This document shows, piece after piece, positions 7,264 through 13,872 of a stretch of DNA of 37,921 nucleotides. Numbering within the stretch: the stretch's first letter is position 1; each line of letters opens with the position of its first letter. The notes under the pieces were generated by a model. It did no database searches and was not told where the DNA came from. It saw nothing but the letters and a program-made list of their open reading frames with translations. Made by a program: the position numbers and the translations under genes. This stretch comes from a virus. Location: positions 1 to 37,921 of IMG/VR virus record IMGVR_UViG_3300045988_123646. One strand, given 5' to 3'.

Positions 7264-7600
7264 AGTCCGTTGTTGGGGAGAAACCTTTGACTCTATGCTT
7301 GAGTGTGAGAGATACAAGTATCTCAAGGCTCTCGAACAGCAGAAAGTCATATCAAACCTACGGAGGCAAGTAAAATATGTCCTCTTGCCCTCTCAGAAGG
7401 ATTCTAAGACAAGAAAAACAATCGAGAGGGAAATTACATACCTTGCTGATTTCGTTTATGAGAAAGGCTCTCAGACGATTGTAGAAGATGTCAAAGGAAT
7501 GAAGACGGATGTCTACAAGATAAAACGAAAGCTGATGCTTTACTTTCACGGAATCCAAATCAAAGAAGTTACAAAGGAGACGAAAACTTGGGTAGTTTAG
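7238..7600 (+). CDS. DUF1064-family protein (PD-(D/E)XK-like, putative Holliday-junction resolvase)
   Basis: The pattern FDSMLECERYKYL...YLADFVY...VEDVKG...YKIKRKLM matches DUF1064. Confidence 0.65.
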   Translation: MRSKYNNRKVRCWGETFDSMLECERYKYLKALEQQKVISNLRRQVKYVLLPSQKDSKTRKTIEREITYLADFVYEKGSQTIVEDVKGMKTDVYKIKRKLMLYFHGIQIKEVTKETKTWVV

Positions 7601-8112
7601 AAAAGAACGAGTCGATATCCAAAGAACAGTTGATGTTCGAGAAGTGCAAGGGCAATGTTAAGATACCGACATTCGATGCACTCAAGGTACAAGAAAGACT
7701 AAAGAAAAGCGTGTTTAATCGTTTTCAGTCGATAATGTCAGCATACAATCTGACTGGCATCAATTTTTACAAATTCCTCGGTCGAGGATATCAGCTTAAC
7801 CTTCCGTATCTTACGATGCAGGACATAACATACGCACTCAAAGTTACACCGTCATACCTTCTCTGTATTGACGATGTGAACAGGTTTGAGGAATACAGGG
7901 CAGGATATATATCGCTTGGTGATATCTTGCACTACATATACGAAGAAAATATGATGTCTGATGTTGAGTTGGCTAAGGTACTTGAATGCTCGACAACATC
8001 ACTTGGTAAGGTAAGACACGATGGTGTCCTTCCTGCAAGGAAATTCATCTACAACCTTGCAAAGCAGTTTAATCTTGACATTAATAACCTTTACGGTTAT
8101 TTCAAAAAATAA
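7588..8112 (+). CDS. Hypothetical protein with C-terminal XRE-like HTH (possible regulator)
   Basis: MSDVELAKVLECSTTSLGKVRHDGVLP resembles an HTH. TTG start, so the start is uncertain. Confidence 0.45.
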   Translation: MGSLEKNESISKEQLMFEKCKGNVKIPTFDALKVQERLKKSVFNRFQSIMSAYNLTGINFYKFLGRGYQLNLPYLTMQDITYALKVTPSYLLCIDDVNRFEEYRAGYISLGDILHYIYEENMMSDVELAKVLECSTTSLGKVRHDGVLPARKFIYNLAKQFNLDINNLYGYFKK

Positions 8113-8128
8113 TTTAAAAGGAGAAAAA

Positions 8129-8830
8129 ATGATTGTGAGATTTGAAAATTGCGATTGTATGAGATTGCTCAATGGGTTGCCATCGTCAAGCATTAGCCTC
8201 ATTGTAACTGACCCACCCTACAAAACAACGGCAAGAGGAAACGCAGGAACGAGCGGCGGAATGCTCCAAAAAACAATCAATAAAGCAGGACAAGTATTTG
8301 AATACAACGATATTGATTGTACGAGATATGCTCCAGAATTTTACAGAGTGTTAAAAGAGGGGGGGCATTGTTATGTTATGACTAATCATATCAATCTTAT
8401 ACATATGCTTAATGTATTTTGTTCGTGCGGTTTTCACTTTGTTAAATCGCTTATATGGAACAAACAAAATAAAATTATGGGTCAATATTATATGTCACAG
8501 TATGAGTACATCTTATTTTTCCGCAAAGGTAAAGGAAAGAAGATAAATAATTGTGGCACAAGTGATGTTTTAACCGTTCCATCGAAAAAGATAAAAGGCA
8601 AGGACGGAAAAAATCTTCATGACACAGAGAAACCCGTTGAATTGATGCAAATCCTTGTTGAAAATTCATCAAAAGAGGGGGAATGGGTTCTTGACCCGTT
8701 TGCAGGTATCGGAGCAACCGCATTAGCTTGTCAAAACACAAACAGAGATTTTATAGGGGCAGAAATTGACCCGAAATATTATGAAATTGCAAAGGAGAGA
8801 ATAAAAAATGAAATCAGTAATGAAAATTAA
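8129..8830 (+). CDS. DNA methyltransferase 1 (N6-adenine or N4-cytosine, beta class), orphan
   Basis: The catalytic motif TDPPY is near the N-terminus and the AdoMet motif VLDPFAGIGATA near the C-terminus. AAGGAGA RBS at the ATG at 8129. No adjacent restriction gene. Confidence 0.9.
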   Translation: MIVRFENCDCMRLLNGLPSSSISLIVTDPPYKTTARGNAGTSGGMLQKTINKAGQVFEYNDIDCTRYAPEFYRVLKEGGHCYVMTNHINLIHMLNVFCSCGFHFVKSLIWNKQNKIMGQYYMSQYEYILFFRKGKGKKINNCGTSDVLTVPSKKIKGKDGKNLHDTEKPVELMQILVENSSKEGEWVLDPFAGIGATALACQNTNRDFIGAEIDPKYYEIAKERIKNEISNEN

Positions 8831-9230
8831 ACTTGATGAAGGAGCAAAAATGCCTAAAAAGGCACACGCAACAGATGTTGGATATGACATCTGTTCACCG
8901 ATTGATGTGGTTGTGCCTGCTCACAGGAGTGTATTCATTGACAGCGGAGTACACATTCAGATTCCATTGGATATTGCAGGGGTTCTGATATCGAAGAGCG
9001 GATTGAATGTCAAGCACGGCATTACCTCAACAGGATTGATTGACCCCGATTATACAGGTTCTATCGGTGTTAAGCTGTACAATAATAGCGGTACAGATTA
9101 TCGTATCACCGCAGGGGATAAGATTAGTCAGATAATGTTTATTCCATATATAACAGCTTTTTTCAAAGTAGAAGACAGCCTGGATGAAACAGAAAGAGGC
9201 GATGGTGGCTTTGGCTCAACAGGTAAATAG
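8808..9230 (+). CDS. dut: dUTP diphosphatase
   Basis: Trimeric dUTPase motifs are present: ATDVGYDI, SKSGL, GLIDPDYTG, ERGDGGFGSTG. Confidence 0.9.
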   Translation: MKSVMKIKLDEGAKMPKKAHATDVGYDICSPIDVVVPAHRSVFIDSGVHIQIPLDIAGVLISKSGLNVKHGITSTGLIDPDYTGSIGVKLYNNSGTDYRITAGDKISQIMFIPYITAFFKVEDSLDETERGDGGFGSTGK

Positions 9231-9408
9231 CTGCTGTTATAACTGCTCAGAGAGGCATTTGAGATGCCACAGCAATTGTGAAAAGTACAAAGCATTCAAA
9301 GAGGATGTACGGAAGAGAAATAATTACATATGGGAGCATATCAAATCACAGAACGCTCTTGCAAGCAGTATTATAAGTCGCAATCTAAGGAAAAATAATC
9401 GCAGATAA
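9202..9408 (+). CDS. Hypothetical cysteine/histidine-rich protein
   Basis: CCYNCSERHLRCHSNCEKY. The start is uncertain (ATG 9184, ATG 9202 or GTG 9205). Confidence 0.45.
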   Translation: MVALAQQVNSCCYNCSERHLRCHSNCEKYKAFKEDVRKRNNYIWEHIKSQNALASSIISRNLRKNNRR

Positions 9409-9409
9409 A

Positions 9410-9686
9410 GCAAAAAGAGCATCTCCAAAATGAGATGCTCTTTTTGTTCTGCCATAGGAGGGTGAGAGTATTGCATTTATATCAAGAAGGTAGTTGTAGA
9501 AAGGCAGGACGGACAGCCTGTTAATTGTTGTTGTGTTTCAACATCCACAATTGAAACACACTGAAAGATGGTGTTGTCGAATGCCCTGCCGAAGTCACGC
9601 AAACAAGTCATCGGACAACCTCTGTCCGTCCGAGTCATCAGACGATGACAAACAATGAAAATCACAACAGGAAAAGGACTCCTGCT
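9410..9686 (-). ncRNA. Orphan antisense transcription unit: candidate structured RNA of about 275 nt (or a 62-aa CPxxC/CPxC mini-protein)
   Basis: The minus strand has a perfect extended -10 (TGTTATAAT, reverse complement of 9693..9701) and ends at the bidirectional terminator. Internal structure: a perfect 10-bp long-range pairing (9507..9516 with 9622..9631), a 9-bp hairpin (9533..9559) and a 6-bp hairpin (9634..9649). The only ORF has a GTG start and AGGAG 13 nt away. Confidence 0.4.
9412..9448. terminator. Bidirectional rho-independent terminator
   Basis: AAAAAGAGCATCTC - loop - GAGATGCTCTTTTT. An A-run on one side and a T-run on the other give a U-tract in both orientations. Confidence 0.8.
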
Positions 9687-9812
9687 AACTTAATTATAAC
9701 ACATCTATTTCAAAAAGTATATGTTTGAAAGTTTATTTTTTGAGGTTAGTATTTCAATAAAAAAAAGCACATAATTAAGTCACTCACAAGGTAACATAAC
9801 GAAAGCGAAGTG

Positions 9813-10070
9813 ATGGAATTGAACCCCGAAGTTATCGTGTCGCTTGTATCTCTCACAGGCACGGTTATAGGCTCTCTCTGCGGTGTGTTGGCGAGCAATC
9901 GGATGTCGAGCTATAGAATTTCAAAGCTTGAAGAAAAGGTTGAAAAGCACAACAATCTGATTGAGAGAACATACAAGATTGAACAGCACAACGCTGTTGT
10001 TGACGAGGAAATTAAGGTTGCCAATCATCGGATTGAAGACCTCGAAAAAATCAGCGAAAGGAAAGATTGA
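9813..10070 (+). CDS. Membrane-anchored coiled-coil protein of the lysis cassette (XhlA-like / holin accessory)
   Basis: N-terminal TM helix (VIVSLVSLTGTVIGSLCGVLA) followed by a coiled coil. The gene is translationally coupled to the holin gene. Confidence 0.45.
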   Translation: MELNPEVIVSLVSLTGTVIGSLCGVLASNRMSSYRISKLEEKVEKHNNLIERTYKIEQHNAVVDEEIKVANHRIEDLEKISERKD

Positions 10071-10285
10071 AAATGAAAAAAATCTTCACAAAAGAATGGG
10101 CAAAAGCAACAGCCGTCAGAGCGATTAAGACTGTTGCACAGACTGCCGTAGCGACAATTGGTGTGTCTGCCGTTATGACAGATGTAAACTGGATTGCAGT
10201 AGGTTCTGCATCTCTGCTTGCAGGTGTATTGTCTGTCTTGACAAGCGTTGCAGGACTGCCCGAAGTATCAGAAAGCGAGGAATAA
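10067..10285 (+). CDS. Holin
   Basis: 72 aa with two TM helices, a charged C-terminus (PEVSESEE), and an AVRAIKTVAQTAVA motif as in LL-H-type holins. Confidence 0.7.
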   Translation: MKMKKIFTKEWAKATAVRAIKTVAQTAVATIGVSAVMTDVNWIAVGSASLLAGVLSVLTSVAGLPEVSESEE

Positions 10286-10290
10286 GTATT

Positions 10291-10839
10291 ATGGTCTTAT
10301 CTGAAACAATTAACGGTATGGTGAGTGAGGACTACAAAGAAAGATTCATAGCCGAGTATTATCAATTGGTAATCCGTTATAAGGGATTGAAGAAAATGCT
10401 TGATAATTGGGACAAAGGGAATCTGAATTTTATTCCGACTTGCCCACGCAGTACATATGACTTGCAAATTAAAGCAATGGCTGAATATAAGGCTGTACTT
10501 AGAGCAAGAGCGGTTTTAGAGGGTGTTAATCTTGATGAAAACACACCTACTGTAGCAAAGTACAGAAAAATACCCGTTGTTATTGAAGCGTTCCAATATG
10601 ACGGCGACCTGAAAGCTAATGAAAAGTGGTGTGTGCCTGAATGGGCGGTAAATGCCTACAAAAAAGGTACGCTCTATTACAAAGAAATAAATAATACTCC
10701 CCCTGAATTATTTATTAAAACTCTTGAAGGGGATATGAAATGTAGTGTTATGGACTATATCATCAAAGGCATTGCTGGAGAATTATACGCTTGCAAGCCT
10801 GATATTTTTAAAAAAACTTATGAGAAAGTGGAGGAATAA
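10291..10839 (+). CDS. Hypothetical two-domain phage protein
   Basis: 182-aa ORF between holin and endolysin. The N-terminal helical part and the C-terminal PVVIEAFQY...GELYACKPDIFKKTYE block resemble common phage domains of unknown function. Confidence 0.5.
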   Translation: MVLSETINGMVSEDYKERFIAEYYQLVIRYKGLKKMLDNWDKGNLNFIPTCPRSTYDLQIKAMAEYKAVLRARAVLEGVNLDENTPTVAKYRKIPVVIEAFQYDGDLKANEKWCVPEWAVNAYKKGTLYYKEINNTPPELFIKTLEGDMKCSVMDYIIKGIAGELYACKPDIFKKTYEKVEE

Positions 10840-10841
10840 TT

Positions 10842-11105
10842 ATGAAAAATACCGTTACAAAGCGACAGATTGACGAATTGCTTGAAAAATCAGAAATTAA
10901 GGTCGAAACAGTTTACGGCAAGGTAACAATCGTAAACTGTAAACTGCCAAACGGCTTTGTCATAACTGAATCAAGCGGAGCGGTTGACAAAGCAAACTAT
11001 GATGAAAAAATCGGTACAGAAATCTGTATGTCAAGAATTGAAAACAAATTGTGGGAGCTTGAAGGATATGTCCTTGCAAAACAGCTTTACGAAAGAGGGG
11101 AATAA
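10842..11105 (+). CDS. Gp49-like (Phage_gp49_66 family) protein
   Basis: NCKLPNGFVITESSGAVDKANYDEKIGTEICMSRIENKLWELEGYVL matches the family pattern. Confidence 0.65.
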   Translation: MKNTVTKRQIDELLEKSEIKVETVYGKVTIVNCKLPNGFVITESSGAVDKANYDEKIGTEICMSRIENKLWELEGYVLAKQLYERGE

Positions 11106-11107
11106 CA

Positions 11108-11992
11108 ATGAAAGTTACTGCTATTGATGTCAGCTACTGTCAGACAGGAGTTGACTACAACAAAGTCAAGAACAGCGGTATTGATGCTGTGATTATCCGT
11201 GCAGGATTCGGCAAAGAAACCTATCAAAAAGACTCTGAATTTGAAACGCATTACAGAAACGCTAAGAAGGCAGGTCTTGCGGTCGGTGTATATTGGTATT
11301 CCTATGCCTATTCTGTTGCAGAGGCAAAGCAGGAGGCTAAGGTATGCCTTGCGTGCATCAAAGGTAAAACGCTTGAATTACCTGTATATTATGACCTCGA
11401 GGAGAGTGGTCAGACAAAGCTCGGTATGTCGGCTCTGACAAACATTGCAATTGCTTTTTGCGATGCTATCAAATCGGGTGGTTACCGTGCGGGGGTATAC
11501 AGTAATCTTAACTGGCTCAACAATCACCTTGATTATGAAAAGCTCAGAAGTAAGTACAGTATTTGGCTTGCACAATGGTCATCAAACCCATCCAAGTCTT
11601 GCGATATATGGCAGAACGCCGATAACGGCAGAATCAGCGGTATCAGCGGTAATGTTGATACTGATGTAATCATTAATAAAAACATTATCAAATCAAAATC
11701 AGAGGTGAAGGAAGAAATGATTAAGAAGGGTTTAACAAACAATGCTATTCTTGCGTACAAAAAACAGCTTTTGAACCTGTATAATGCAGGTATCATCAAG
11801 ACTAAGGTTGACTCATCGGCAGGTTTCGGTGACGGAACAGAAAAGGCTGTCAGAGAAGTACAGGCTCTGGCGAAAATCAAGGTTAACGGTGAGGTTGGAG
11901 TCGACACAATCAATGCAACCGCAAAGCTGATGAATAATTATGTCAGCAAGCTAAAAACTAAAATTTCAAACGCAAAAAAGGCACTTGGCTGA
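11108..11992 (+). CDS. Endolysin: GH25 muramidase with C-terminal peptidoglycan-binding domain
   Basis: GH25 signature IDVSYCQTGVDYNKVKNSGIDAVIIRAG...YWYSYA...YYDLEE. The C-terminal GFGDGTEKAVREVQ is PG_binding_1-like. Confidence 0.9.
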   Translation: MKVTAIDVSYCQTGVDYNKVKNSGIDAVIIRAGFGKETYQKDSEFETHYRNAKKAGLAVGVYWYSYAYSVAEAKQEAKVCLACIKGKTLELPVYYDLEESGQTKLGMSALTNIAIAFCDAIKSGGYRAGVYSNLNWLNNHLDYEKLRSKYSIWLAQWSSNPSKSCDIWQNADNGRISGISGNVDTDVIINKNIIKSKSEVKEEMIKKGLTNNAILAYKKQLLNLYNAGIIKTKVDSSAGFGDGTEKAVREVQALAKIKVNGEVGVDTINATAKLMNNYVSKLKTKISNAKKALG

Positions 11993-12054
11993 TGTTAAAT
12001 ATTTCGCACCGTTGCAAAGTTAGCAAATATTATTAAAGAATTGAGGTGAAATAA

Positions 12055-12771
12055 ATGATAGAACTGTATCAAGGTAATTGTCTTGAATTAATGAAAAACA
12101 TTCCAGACAACATCGCCGATATGATACTTTGTGATTTACCGTACGGAACAACACGATGCAAATGGGATTCAATTATTCCTTTTGAACCATTATGGCAAGA
12201 ATACAATCGGATAATTAAAGATAATGCCGCGATTGTTTTATTCGCACAGGAACCGTTTGCAACGAAATTAAGAAGTAGCAATTTGAAAATGTATAAATAT
12301 GATTGGATATGGCAGAAGCCGCAGGGAACAAATTTCTTGAATGCTAAAAATCAACCGTTGAAGAATTACGAAATCATCTGTGTTTTTGGTAAAAAAAAAT
12401 TGCGATATAAGCCATGTTTTACAAAAGGAAAACCTTATACATCAGGTGGCGGTAATGTCGGTGAAGCGTACGGTGGAGGTAAAAAAATTATTACACATAA
12501 TGAAGGTGTTCGGTACCCAACAAGCATTCAAAAATTTAATGCGATTCAGAACACAAAAAGATTTCATCCGACACAGAAACCAGTTGACTTGCTTGAATAC
12601 TTAATCAAAACATATACAAACGAGGGTGATTTAGTCCTTGATAATTGCATGGGAAGTGGAAGCACAGGTGTTGCCTGCGTAAACACAAACCGAAACTTTA
12701 TCGGAATAGAGCTTGATGAAAAGTATTACAAAATAGCAGAGAAAAGAATAAATTCAGTGATTAAAACCTAA
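12055..12771 (+). CDS. DNA methyltransferase 2 (N6-adenine/N4-cytosine type), orphan
   Basis: Catalytic motif CDLPYG, HPTQKPVDLLEYLI, and AdoMet motif VLDNCMGSGSTG. No adjacent restriction gene. Confidence 0.9.
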   Translation: MIELYQGNCLELMKNIPDNIADMILCDLPYGTTRCKWDSIIPFEPLWQEYNRIIKDNAAIVLFAQEPFATKLRSSNLKMYKYDWIWQKPQGTNFLNAKNQPLKNYEIICVFGKKKLRYKPCFTKGKPYTSGGGNVGEAYGGGKKIITHNEGVRYPTSIQKFNAIQNTKRFHPTQKPVDLLEYLIKTYTNEGDLVLDNCMGSGSTGVACVNTNRNFIGIELDEKYYKIAEKRINSVIKT

Positions 12772-12788
12772 AGGACATTATTAATGTC

Positions 12789-12817
12789 TTGACAAACACA
12801 TAATTGCAATGTATCAT
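12789..12817 (+). promoter_or_regulatory. Promoter of small-RNA unit 1 (TTGACA, 17-nt spacer, TATCAT)
   Basis: TTGACA at 12789..12794 and TATCAT at 12812..12817. Confidence 0.6.
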
Positions 12818-12823
12818 AATGTT

Positions 12824-12916
12824 GTGTAAGGTTTTGTTTTTTACTTACGCAAGCATAAACTATTAGTTCTTAAACTGGAAAAGGCTCAGCTTTTGGCTGA
12901 GTCTTTTCTGTTGTTT
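12824..12916 (+). ncRNA. Small-RNA unit 1 (about 90 nt), paralogue of unit 2
   Basis: No ORF with an RBS. A 5-prime hairpin UUGUGUAAG / CUUACGCAA (12822..12852) has a U-rich 13-nt loop. The terminator is GGCTCAGC-TTTTG-GCTGAGTC plus a T-tract (12883..12916). Confidence 0.5.
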
Positions 12917-12930
12917 ACTATACAAAGAGC

Positions 12931-12959
12931 TTGACTGCAAGCCGAAAAAGTAGTATCAT
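12931..12959 (+). promoter_or_regulatory. Promoter of small-RNA unit 2 (TTGACT, 17-nt spacer, TATCAT)
   Basis: TTGACT at 12931..12936 and TATCAT at 12954..12959. Same architecture as the unit 1 promoter. Confidence 0.6.
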
Positions 12960-12963
12960 AGAA

Positions 12964-13070
12964 GTGCGGAAGTTTGTTTTTTTAATTTCTACTGTGGTAG
13001 ATTAGTTTTTTTATCCTTTCTTCCGTATAGATGACCTCGCTTATGTCATAGTGTGCGAGGTCATCTTGCT
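12964..13070 (+). ncRNA. Small-RNA unit 2: solitary Cas12a-repeat RNA (candidate RNA anti-CRISPR or orphan crRNA)
   Basis: Own promoter and no ORF with an RBS. Contains the V-A repeat-like sequence, a U-rich spacer-like 3-prime flank (13003..13028), and a perfect 12-bp hairpin AGATGACCTCGC / GCGAGGTCATCT (13029..13066). Confidence 0.55.
12967..13002 (+). CRISPR. Solitary type V-A (Cas12a) CRISPR repeat-like unit (single copy, no array, no cas genes)
   Basis: CGGAAGTTTGTTTTTTTAATTTCTACTGTGGTAGAT. The last 19 nt match the conserved Cas12a crRNA handle AAUUUCUACU-loop-GUAGAU. From memory, this differs from the FnCas12a handle AAUUUCUACUGUUGUAGAU at one loop base only. The stem UCUAC/GUAGA is intact. 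Confidence 0.7.
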
Positions 13071-13090
13071 TGACTATCAACACGCAAAAA

Positions 13091-13189
13091 TTGCGTGCTG
13101 TTTAAATTGTCATCATAATTTTTTATATATTAACTATTTACCTATGCAGGAAAGGCACACCGTTTATGGTGTGCCTTTTTTGTTTTTTT
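13091..13189 (+). ncRNA. Possible small-RNA unit 3 (weak promoter TTGCGT, 17-nt spacer, CATAAT; about 60-nt RNA; strong terminator)
   Basis: Terminator AAAGGCACACC-GTTTAT-GGTGTGCCTTT plus a T-run (13151..13189). No ORF. The promoter is only a moderate match. Confidence 0.35.
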
Positions 13190-13373
13190 ATGACTGTTCT
13201 GCTGACTGTTCTGCAATTTGCAGAAGTTTTTCGACAACTAACTTTTCGACATAAATCGGTGGGTTATGTTTTCCCGACTCCCAATCTTGTACAGTACGAT
13301 ACGGAATAAGTAACAAATCCGTCATTGCTCGCTGTGTTAATCCTGCCTTAATGCGTGCCTCTTTAATTGTCAT
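13188..13373 (-). CDS. Small XRE-family HTH regulator (Aca-like or antitoxin-like)
   Basis: MTIKEARIKAGLTQRAMTDLLLIPYRTVQDWESGKHNPP is a classic HTH with the WExGxxxP motif. The C-terminus has the duplication AEQSAEQS. Confidence 0.75.
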   Translation of the reverse strand: MTIKEARIKAGLTQRAMTDLLLIPYRTVQDWESGKHNPPIYVEKLVVEKLLQIAEQSAEQS

Positions 13374-13525
13374 CGTCCTTATCAACTCCTTTCATGTAAC
13401 CATCAATCCACACTACCTTGCCTGTTTGGTATCTTCTGAAATGTCCTCGAACCTGAAACACACCTTTGGGATTGTGACCGTCTGACCGTCCGCATTACCC
13501 GACCCGAAGGTCGGTCACTCTGCGA

Positions 13526-13750
13526 TTAAGCGATAATTTCAATGCCCCTTACATCGGAAAAAGTTACATTTGGATTCTTCGTGCCAAGCGTGTATTCATC
13601 ACTTTCATCATCTTTAAATATTACTTCTGCAAGACCAATGCACTCATTAAATTCGTTGTAAGTGGCGACCACCTCATATATTCCGCTTCCATCTTCGAGC
13701 CACGCTCCTTTTTTAAGATTCTCGAAGTCATTAAATGTTCTAATTTCCAT
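13526..13750 (-). CDS. Strongly acidic 74-aa protein (candidate anti-defence protein)
   Basis: RBS AAAAGGAGAAAAAA upstream of the ATG. About 17 Asp+Glu versus 6 Lys+Arg. No family recognised. It is the first gene of a minus-strand two-gene unit. Confidence 0.6.
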   Translation of the reverse strand: MEIRTFNDFENLKKGAWLEDGSGIYEVVATYNEFNECIGLAEVIFKDDESDEYTLGTKNPNVTFSDVRGIEIIA

Positions 13751-13805
13751 AGTGTTTTTTCTCCTTTTTTGGTCTGTGGGTGTTGCCCTGTGTTTTGATT
13801 TGTTG

Positions 13806-13839
13806 ATTATAATACACTACACGGATTTCGTGTTGTCAA
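13806..13839 (-). promoter_or_regulatory. Promoter/operator of the minus-strand acidic-protein/HTH operon
   Basis: The minus strand reads TTGACA ACACGAAATCCGTGT AG TGTATTATAAT. The -35 is consensus and is followed by the palindrome ACACG-N5-CGTGT. The -10 candidates TATTAT and TATAAT are spaced 19 or 22 nt away, which is suboptimal. Confidence 0.5.
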
Positions 13840-13872
13840 TAGCTTTTTTGAATTTTTTTGAAAAAATATTTT

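Noticed and set aside
9533-9559. GTGTTTCAA-N9-TTGAAACAC hairpin as a CRISPR repeat (ends in ATTGAAAC like many class 1 repeats)
   Set aside because: It is a single 27-nt palindrome, shorter than typical repeats, and the resemblance is limited to the generic GTTTCAA/TTGAAAC ends. It is kept only as part of the structured orphan unit.
13051-13254. 67-aa plus-strand ORF
   Set aside because: It has a GTG start inside the 12-bp hairpin and no RBS. It runs through a terminator and antisense into the HTH gene. Its Cys/Phe-rich composition is not protein-like.
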